From a candidate division WOR-3 bacterium (lineage in GTDB: Bacteria; Hydrothermota; Hydrothermia; LBFQ01), in assembly GCA_027050205.1 (NCBI GenBank), contig JALUCS010000083.1, positions 32,001-96,000 on the forward strand: a stretch of 64,000 nucleotides of DNA, given 5' to 3'. The notes under the pieces are model-generated. The model was not told the DNA's origin, did no database searches, and was given only the letters and a program-made list of their open reading frames with translations. Shown piece by piece: positions 57,521-64,000 of the stretch. A program made the position numbers and the translations under genes. How positions within the stretch are numbered: the first letter of the stretch is position 1; each line of letters starts with the position of its first letter.

Positions 57521-59299
57521 CTATCTCACCACCACCTGCCTCACGGTACGGTTGCCGACCACCACCCCGTAGACTCCGGGCTTCAGCTTCACGACCACCT
57601 CCTCTACCCCCTCGGCTACCACCCTACCATCCACACCTATCACCCTTACCTCACCCCTGCCCCTCACCTTCAGTACCCTCCCCTCCAACCTCACTCCGTA
57701 CTTACCTTCCCCGGCCTCACCTACCGCCAGATCTCCCCCATTACCGAGGGGATCGTACGTGAAGACTATCTCGTCCAGTATCGGCGTCAGGGTAGAGTCC
57801 GCGTTCGCATACAGCTCCACCCTGTACTGCAGGTACCGGAAACTCTCTACCGCAAACGTGTCTGAACCCGGTATGGAGGGGTCGTTCAGGTTCCTGCTTC
57901 CGCTACCCGTAAAGACGTAAGGCCCTATCCAAGTCGTCCAAGAGGAGCCGTAGCGGGAGGCCCTAACATAAACGTGTATCTCCTTCCCCGGTGCGGAGGG
58001 GTTGCAGTTGGAGAAGGAGACCTGCACCTGGAGCCACCTCCTATATACGCCGGCGTCCAAGATGGAGGAGGTGAGGGTGGCCGTAGGCTCGTACTTGAGG
58101 ACCGTCTTGTACCACCAGAGGCCCTCCTTAGGAGAAGGATACAGCCCGGCCCTAACGAGGATGTCCGGGGAGGCGTCGCTGTTGAGGTCCCCTATCCCTA
58201 CGCCGAAGTAGTGGCGGGAAGTTATGGAGGGGGAGGTTCGGGTGAAGCCCAGAGAGCCGTCGTTGAGGTAGATGTATATCCTCTGGGCGTTCTGGTCGGC
58301 AACGGCTACGTCCAAGTCCCCGTCCGGTTCAAAGTCGGCCACCTGGATTCCCATGGGCCTGTTGGCGGAGTTATCAACGGTTATCCGGGTGAAGCTCATC
58401 CCTCCGTCGTTGCGGTAGACGTACACCTTCCCCGTCCTGTCGGTTAGGGCGAGGTCGTAGTCCCCATCGCCGTCCATATCCCCCTTGGCCAGCCCGTATC
58501 CGTCCGAGAGGGTGTTGTCTATGACGAGGTGGGTGAAGGAGCCTCCCCCGTCGTTCCGGAAGATGCGGAGGGCGTTGCGGGTGGCCAGCGCTATGTCGTT
58601 GTCGCCGTCGTTGTCGTAGTCCCCTATCACCACGTCGTAGGTAGTGCCGAGGCCGGTACCGAGGCCGTGCTTTACCCACCCGCTCCCCGTGTTCTCGTAC
58701 CACCATAGGCCGCCGGCGAGCCACGTGACGGCTACGTCGTAGTCCCCGTCCCCGTCCAGGTCTCCGGCGTCTATCCCCTCACCCTCGGAGCTGGAACTTA
58801 TGGCGGGGTCTATCACATGAGTGCTGAAGGTCATGCTCCCGTCGTTCCTGTAGAGGACGACGTCCTTACCCGACGAGGGATGGGAGGCGGCGAAGACGTC
58901 CATATCCCCGTCCCTCTGGTAGTCCACGGCCACCACCTCGTCCACGCTCGCTATGTCCGGGTCTATGGTGTGCCTCGTGAAGGAGCCGCATCCGGCGTTC
59001 TCGTACCAATAGACAACGTTCGGGCCGGCCTCGTCGGAGACGAGGAGGTCGTTGTCGCCGTCTAAGTCCATATCCACGATGTCGGGGTCGTTGTCCCAAC
59101 CTCCGATGGAGTTATCCACCGAGTACTCCTCAAGCGTACGGAAGACCCCCCTCAAGCGGAGCTTACCCGGAAACTCGTAGAAGGCGGAGGAGTCGGCCGA
59201 GCAGAAGGTGTTCCCCCAGGTTGAGACGGGGCCGCATACCCCCGGCCCCCCCGACCAGTCGCTCTGCGAGACCGATTGAGAGATGAGAAACAGTACCAT
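57521..59299 (-). CDS. Secreted FG-GAP/VCBS repeat protein with T9SS-like tail
   Basis: QSDWSGG start, about seven D.D.DGD.D repeats, SSILD...YLQYRVEL...TP.L..I domain, and tail VIGVDGRVV...KPGVYGV...VVVR. Confidence 0.88.
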   Translation of the reverse strand: MVLFLISQSVSQSDWSGGPGVCGPVSTWGNTFCSADSSAFYEFPGKLRLRGVFRTLEEYSVDNSIGGWDNDPDIVDMDLDGDNDLLVSDEAGPNVVYWYENAGCGSFTRHTIDPDIASVDEVVAVDYQRDGDMDVFAASHPSSGKDVVLYRNDGSMTFSTHVIDPAISSSSEGEGIDAGDLDGDGDYDVAVTWLAGGLWWYENTGSGWVKHGLGTGLGTTYDVVIGDYDNDGDNDIALATRNALRIFRNDGGGSFTHLVIDNTLSDGYGLAKGDMDGDGDYDLALTDRTGKVYVYRNDGGMSFTRITVDNSANRPMGIQVADFEPDGDLDVAVADQNAQRIYIYLNDGSLGFTRTSPSITSRHYFGVGIGDLNSDASPDILVRAGLYPSPKEGLWWYKTVLKYEPTATLTSSILDAGVYRRWLQVQVSFSNCNPSAPGKEIHVYVRASRYGSSWTTWIGPYVFTGSGSRNLNDPSIPGSDTFAVESFRYLQYRVELYANADSTLTPILDEIVFTYDPLGNGGDLAVGEAGEGKYGVRLEGRVLKVRGRGEVRVIGVDGRVVAEGVEEVVVKLKPGVYGVVVGNRTVRQVVVR

Positions 59300-59389
59300 C
59301 AACTGTATATTTTAAGGCAAAATCTTTCCCCGCTCTACGGGTAGCGTTCGGCGTTTGTTTGGAATAATTACAAAAATCCCCCAAAATTC

Positions 59390-59405
59390 TATCAAATATT
59401 TGATA
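59390..59405. promoter_or_regulatory. Perfect 16 bp palindrome in a divergent promoter region (candidate operator)
   Basis: TATCAAATATTTGATA equals its own reverse complement. Confidence 0.45.
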
Positions 59406-59575
59406 TTTTTTTTAAATTTACCCCGAATAATAGGCAAAAATCTAAAAAGTCTTCATCTTACATAAGTGAGTCGGGTTGGGGGTTCGGTACCCATCCCCAA
59501 CACCGCCGGTGGCTGCCCGTTCTCAAAACCGGTGGAAATGGCGGTACGGTTGAATCCCTGTTAGAATACCCACCC

Positions 59576-60505
59576 ATGCCTTCAGACCTCTACGCCGTAA
59601 TCTTGGCCGGAGGGCAGTCCAAGCGGATAAAGTCCAAACTCCCGAAGGTCTTCCACAAGGTCTCCGGCCGTATGATGATAGAGTGGGTGATAGAGAGCGC
59701 CCTTGAGTTGGAGCCTGTGGAGATACTGATCGTAGGGAACTCCTCCAACCACGCCCTCTTGAGGGAGGTAGCCTCCCGCTACCGTAAGGTCTCCGTGATA
59801 GTGCAGGAGGTTCCGAGGGGTACGGGGGACGCCGTTCGCTACGCCGAGGGTCACGTACCCGAAGATGCTATCCTCTACGTCGGGAGCGGGGACGCCCCCC
59901 TCATAAGGGGAAGCACCCTAAGGGCGATGTACCGGAGGCTCCTCTCCACTGACGCCGACGCCGTCCTCCTTACGGCCGAGGTCCCGGACCCGACGGGGTA
60001 CGGTAGGATAATCCGGGAGGGGGACCGCTTCGTCAGGATAGTGGAGCATAAGGACGCGACGGAGGAGGAGAGGGAGATAAGGGAGGTGAACGCCGGGTTC
60101 TACATGTTCAGGGCGGGGCCTCTGTTCGCCGGCCTCAAAAGGATAACTCCAAATAACGCACAAAATGAGTACTATTTAACGGATGTTTTCAAATTTTTGC
60201 AAAAAATCGTCATACATAGAACGGACAATTGGGAGGAGATCTTGGGCGTGAATACCCGCCGCCAGCTCGCCTTAGTTGAGGGGATAATGCAGCGGAGGAT
60301 AAAGGGTAGGTGGATGGACGAGGGCATAACCTTCATCCTTCCCGAAACCACCTACGTTGAGTACTCCGTCAAGATAGGCAGGGACACCGTCATATACCCC
60401 AACGTCTCCCTCCTCGGAAACACCGTCATAGGGGAGGATTGCGTCATCGGGCCGGGCCGCGTCCTCAAGGACGAGGAGATACCGGACGGGACGGTCCTGC
60501 TATGA
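59576..60505 (+). CDS. glmU: GlmU-like N-acetylglucosamine-1-phosphate uridyltransferase, C-terminally short
   Basis: ILAGG...RIKS.LPK..H, GTGDAV, GDAPL, DPTGYGRI, EVNAG.Y and N.Q.EYYLTD motifs; only a few hexapeptide turns. Confidence 0.88.
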   Translation: MPSDLYAVILAGGQSKRIKSKLPKVFHKVSGRMMIEWVIESALELEPVEILIVGNSSNHALLREVASRYRKVSVIVQEVPRGTGDAVRYAEGHVPEDAILYVGSGDAPLIRGSTLRAMYRRLLSTDADAVLLTAEVPDPTGYGRIIREGDRFVRIVEHKDATEEEREIREVNAGFYMFRAGPLFAGLKRITPNNAQNEYYLTDVFKFLQKIVIHRTDNWEEILGVNTRRQLALVEGIMQRRIKGRWMDEGITFILPETTYVEYSVKIGRDTVIYPNVSLLGNTVIGEDCVIGPGRVLKDEEIPDGTVLL

Positions 60506-61290
60506 TCAGGCTCGTAGGACTGCCCTTTGAGACGGAGGCCAACTTCCTCCGAGGTGCGGCCCTCGGAGCCTCTCACCTAAGGTGGCATATGTGGGGCATA
60601 GACGAGTACAGCCCCCTGCAGAGGGCGAAACTCCCGGAGTACGAGGATGCGGGGGACCTGTGGCTCAACTTTGACCTCCCCCCGAAGGAGAGGCTGGAGC
60701 GGATGGAGGACCACCTGAAAGCCCTATTCTCCCGCTACCCACCCCAAAGCCAACCCTACCTCTTCCTCGGCGGGGACCACACCGTAACCTGGGCGACCGC
60801 GAGGGCCTTGAGGGGGGCAGTGGGGGAGTTTGCCATCCTCCATTTGGACGCCCACCTTGACCGCTGGGACGACTACGGCGGCAGGTTCTCCCATGCTACG
60901 GTTATGAGGAGGCTTGAGGAGGAGGGCTTTACGATCGGGACCTTCGGCTACAGGACGGTCGGCAGTCAGGAGTATATCCCCCGGTACGGTGAGATGTACT
61001 CCCTCAAGGGGGTGAAGGGGTTCGTAGAGAGGTACGGGAAGGTCTTCCTATCGTTAGACCTGGACGTCCTTGACCCCTCCGAGTTCCCCTGTGTAAGCAA
61101 CCCGGAGCCTATGGGCGTAAGGTTCTCCGAGTTGATGGAGGTCCTCCTATCCCTCAAGGGGAAACTCTTAGGGGTGGAGGTGGTGGAGTACCTACCCACG
61201 TTGGATACCTCCCACCGTTGCGGGAGCGTCGGGGCGGTCCTCCTTAGGGAGGTGATGATCCTCCTCTCGGCGTCCCAACCGCAGCGTTAG
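60502..61290 (+). CDS. speB: Agmatinase/ureohydrolase family protein
   Basis: GGDHTV, LDAHLD, SHAT and SLDLDVLDP...V.NPEP.G motifs. ATG 60502 overlaps the glmU stop. Confidence 0.85.
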   Translation: MIRLVGLPFETEANFLRGAALGASHLRWHMWGIDEYSPLQRAKLPEYEDAGDLWLNFDLPPKERLERMEDHLKALFSRYPPQSQPYLFLGGDHTVTWATARALRGAVGEFAILHLDAHLDRWDDYGGRFSHATVMRRLEEEGFTIGTFGYRTVGSQEYIPRYGEMYSLKGVKGFVERYGKVFLSLDLDVLDPSEFPCVSNPEPMGVRFSELMEVLLSLKGKLLGVEVVEYLPTLDTSHRCGSVGAVLLREVMILLSASQPQR

Positions 61291-61300
61291 AATATACGCT

Positions 61301-61858
61301 ATGAACGACGTTTATAGGGAAATGGAGGACTCTATGAAAAAGGCCGTAGAGTACCTCAAGCGGGAGCTGTCCAAGATCCAGGTCGGCCGTCCCAACCCCG
61401 CCATCCTTGAGGGCGTCAAGGTAGACTACTACGGTCAGAAGGTACCCATCCGCCAGATAGCCGGCATAAACGTCCATCCCCAGGAGAGCGCCCTCGTCGT
61501 GCAGCCTTGGGATCCCTCCGCCATAGGCAACATAGAGAACGCCATCCGGGCCGCCAACCTCGGCCTCAACCCCATACGGGAGGGTAAGGTCCTGAAGGTC
61601 CCCATCCCCCAGCCTTCGGAGGAGAGGAGGAGGGAGCTCCTGAAGCTCGCCCGACACCTCGCCGAGGAGACCCGCATCCACATCCGGAACGCCCGCCGTG
61701 AGGCCATAGAGCAGGTGAGGGAGATGGAGAAGGCCAAGGAGATCACGGAGGACGACCGCTTCCGCGCCGAGAAGGAGATCCAGAAGATAACCGACAGGTA
61801 CATAGAGCAGGTCAACGAGATACTCAAGAAGAAGGAAAAGGAAATACTTGAAGGGTAA
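61301..61858 (+). CDS. frr: Ribosome recycling factor
   Basis: GRPNP..L..VKVDYYG, QPWD, LGLNP, EERRREL and IRNARR motifs. Confidence 0.97.
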   Translation: MNDVYREMEDSMKKAVEYLKRELSKIQVGRPNPAILEGVKVDYYGQKVPIRQIAGINVHPQESALVVQPWDPSAIGNIENAIRAANLGLNPIREGKVLKVPIPQPSEERRRELLKLARHLAEETRIHIRNARREAIEQVREMEKAKEITEDDRFRAEKEIQKITDRYIEQVNEILKKKEKEILEG

Positions 61859-62537
61859 GATCCCGCTACACGTCGGCATCATAATGGATGGCAACGGGCG
61901 GTGGGCGCAGAGGAGGGGCCTGCCGCGGGTGATGGGCCACAAGGTGGGGGTGGAGTCCGTAAGGTCCGTAATCAGGGCGGCGAAGAAGGCCGGTGTCAGG
62001 TACCTGACGCTCTACACCTTCTCCTCGGAGAACTGGCAGAGGCCGGCCGAGGAGGTGGGGGCGCTGATGTACATGCTGAAGTTGCTCTTGAGGCGGGAGA
62101 TAAGGAACCTCAACCACCTCGGCGTCCAGGTCAGGGCCATCGGGGAACTCCACCTCCTCCCGCCCGACGTGCGGGAAGTCTTAGACTACGCCATAAAGGA
62201 GACGGCCAAGAACGGCGAGCTTATCCTTACCCTCGCCCTCTCCTACGGGGGGAGGAGGGAGATCGTATCCGCCGTCAATCGTGCGATAGAGGCGGGGGTG
62301 AGGGAGGTGGACGAGGAGAGTTTCCGCCGGTTCCTCTACGACCCCGACCTCCCTGACGTGGACCTCGTCATAAGGACGGCGGGGGAGTACAGGCTGTCCA
62401 ATTTCCTGCTGTGGCAGTCGGCCTACGCCGAGCTGTACTTCACGGACACCCTCTGGCCGGACTTCCGCGAAGAGGACTTCTTCAAGGCCCTTGAGGACTA
62501 CGCCAAGAGGGTTAGGAAGTTTGGGAAGGTTCTCTGA
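61848..62537 (+). CDS. uppS: Undecaprenyl diphosphate synthase
   Basis: HVGIIMDGNGRWA, FSSENW.RP, YGGR.EI and IRTAGE.RLSNFLLWQ motifs. Confidence 0.97.
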   Translation: MKGKIPLHVGIIMDGNGRWAQRRGLPRVMGHKVGVESVRSVIRAAKKAGVRYLTLYTFSSENWQRPAEEVGALMYMLKLLLRREIRNLNHLGVQVRAIGELHLLPPDVREVLDYAIKETAKNGELILTLALSYGGRREIVSAVNRAIEAGVREVDEESFRRFLYDPDLPDVDLVIRTAGEYRLSNFLLWQSAYAELYFTDTLWPDFREEDFFKALEDYAKRVRKFGKVL

Positions 62538-63285
62538 CCTCCTCCCACGGGTGGTGGTGGCGGTCGTACTCATCGCCATCCTTGGGGGGAGCCTCTATCT
62601 GGGTGGCCTCGCCTTCCGGGTGGTCGTGTACGTGGCCGTCCTCTTGGTGTATTACGAGCTTTACCGCCTCGTCGCTTTCAAGTTCAGCCTCGTCAGCTTC
62701 CTCGCCGGGGCGGTGGCCATATCCGCCGCCTTCTGGACGGGGAGCGTCGCCCTAACGGTCGTCCTCCTCGCCGTCTTTGGCCTCGCCAACTACCTAATGG
62801 GCTTCTCCGTAAAGGAGGCCTTCACCCTCATATCTGTAGCCGTCTTCATCCTCCTGCCGGCCTACGTCGCCGTTAAGCTCCGGGAGGAGTCCGTTTGGCT
62901 CCTCGTCTACGTTATGACGTGCAACTGGTCCTCGGACACCTTTGCGTACTTCTCCGGCAAGCTCTTCGGCAAACACCGGATATTCCCACAGGTTAGCCGG
63001 GGAAAGACGCTGGAAGGGTACATCGGTGCTATAGTGGGGAGCGCCCTTGTGGGTGGCGTAATGGGGTACTTCCTCGGATACGACGTCCTTATGTCCGTCC
63101 TCGGAGGGGCCTACATCGGCCTCTTCGCACAGATAGGGGACCTCGTGGAGTCTGCCCTGAAGAGGGAGAAGGGGGTAAAGGACTCCGGGAAGCTCCTCCC
63201 CGGCCACGGGGGACTCCTGGACAGGGTGGATAGCCTCCTCCTCTCCCTGCCGGCCTTCTGGGTGGTGAGGGACCTCTTCTTCTAA
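62521..63285 (+). CDS. cdsA: Phosphatidate cytidylyltransferase
   Basis: SDTFAYF.G..FGKH, S.GKT.EG and GDLVES.LKR..GVKDSG..LPGHGG.LDR.DS motifs. TTG 62521 chosen as start. Confidence 0.95.
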   Translation: MGRFSDLLPRVVVAVVLIAILGGSLYLGGLAFRVVVYVAVLLVYYELYRLVAFKFSLVSFLAGAVAISAAFWTGSVALTVVLLAVFGLANYLMGFSVKEAFTLISVAVFILLPAYVAVKLREESVWLLVYVMTCNWSSDTFAYFSGKLFGKHRIFPQVSRGKTLEGYIGAIVGSALVGGVMGYFLGYDVLMSVLGGAYIGLFAQIGDLVESALKREKGVKDSGKLLPGHGGLLDRVDSLLLSLPAFWVVRDLFF

Positions 63286-63307
63286 AGACGCCTGTAGAAT
63301 CGCCGTT

Positions 63308-64000
63308 ATGAAGGTAGCCATAATAACGGGTGGAACGAGAGGTATAGGTCTCGCGACGGCGAGGGTCCTCAAGGGGGAGGGATGGTCCCTAACCCTCGTG
63401 AGCAGGAAGCCTCCGGAGAGCCTAAAAGGGGAGTTCCCGGAGGACCTGATCCTCGCCGCCGACGTCTCCAGGCCAGAGGCGGCCCAAGAGGTCGTAAAGG
63501 CCACCTACGAGAGGTTCGGCGGAATAGACGCCCTCGTCAACAACGCCGGTATAACCTTGGACAAGCCCCTAATAAGGATAAGCGATAGCGACCTTGAGAG
63601 GATCTTCCGAGTGAACCTCTTCTCCGCCTTCCACTTTTCAAAGGCCGTCCTCCGTTATATGAAGCGGGGAGGGGTGATTGTAAACGTCTCCTCCGTCGTT
63701 GGCATTACGGGGAACTCGTGGCAAACGGCCTACGCCGCCACCAAGGCCGGACTGATAGCCCTCACCAAGTCCCTGGCTAAGGAGATGGGTAGGAGGAACG
63801 TCAGGGTGGTGGCCGTCGCCCCCGGCTTCATAGAGACCAGTATGACCGAGGAGCTGCCCGAAGAGGTCAAGAGGAGGTACATAGAGGGTACGGCCCTCGG
63901 TCGTCCGGGCAAACCGGAGGAGGTGGCCAACGTCATAGCCTTCCTCCTCTCCGACCGCGCCTCCTACATCACGGGACAGGTGATGGTGGTCGACGGGGGT
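63308..64000 (+). CDS. fabG: 3-oxoacyl-ACP reductase (SDR), runs off the window end
   Basis: Translated by hand: MKVAIITGGTRGIG, LVNNAGIT.D, NVSSVVG..GN..Q..YAATKAG, APGFIET.MT, YITGQ...VDGG. Absent from the ORF track because no stop falls in the window. Confidence 0.92.
   Translation, partial: MKVAIITGGTRGIGLATARVLKGEGWSLTLVSRKPPESLKGEFPEDLILAADVSRPEAAQEVVKATYERFGGIDALVNNAGITLDKPLIRISDSDLERIFRVNLFSAFHFSKAVLRYMKRGGVIVNVSSVVGITGNSWQTAYAATKAGLIALTKSLAKEMGRRNVRVVAVAPGFIETSMTEELPEEVKRRYIEGTALGRPGKPEEVANVIAFLLSDRASYITGQVMVVDGG

Noticed and set aside
60152..60180. dif-like reading of the AT-rich patch in glmU
   Set aside because: Only about 6/11 matches per arm to the E. coli dif as I recall it; not convincing.

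Overview
A 64 kb, gene-dense, GC-rich bacterial chromosome segment. AGG/ATA-rich codon usage and Glu/Lys/Arg-rich proteins suggest a thermophile. lptC, rfaE2 and a FadL/PorV-like barrel indicate a diderm with LPS. T9SS-like C-terminal domains and a remodelled EF-Tu switch I fit an FCB-adjacent lineage such as WOR-3/Ca. Hydrothermae; this taxonomy is inference only. The core content is a tuf-rpsJ...rplX ribosomal protein operon that stops at a tRNA-Glu(CUC) gene, plus housekeeping genes (queF, comF, slyD, mrp, ilvE, thiE, gcvPB, pyrF, short glmU, speB, frr, uppS, cdsA, partial fabG). There are seven secreted FG-GAP, beta-propeller or nucleotidase proteins with short T9SS-like tails, several lipoproteins, a CAAX protease-sdpR-sdpI immunity operon and a lone IS630-type HTH gene. 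I saw no CRISPR array, rRNA, integrase or intact IS. The main unexplained signals are: (1) about 28 genes have a TANNNT (mostly (CCT)TAGAAT/TATAAT/TAAAAT) box 6-9 nt before the start codon, implying pervasive leaderless mRNAs; (2) about nine apparently exported proteins start with a 6-10 residue hydrophobic N-terminus with no basic n-region, a candidate minimal secretion signal; (3) the AT-rich spacers share degenerate and shuffled repeat blocks; (4) the L22 tunnel hairpin and EF-Tu switch I are remodelled; (5) there is a candidate attenuator before tuf and a uORF/hairpin before a glycosyltransferase; (6) TCGA is nearly absent. All family assignments come from motif recognition by eye; no searches were run.
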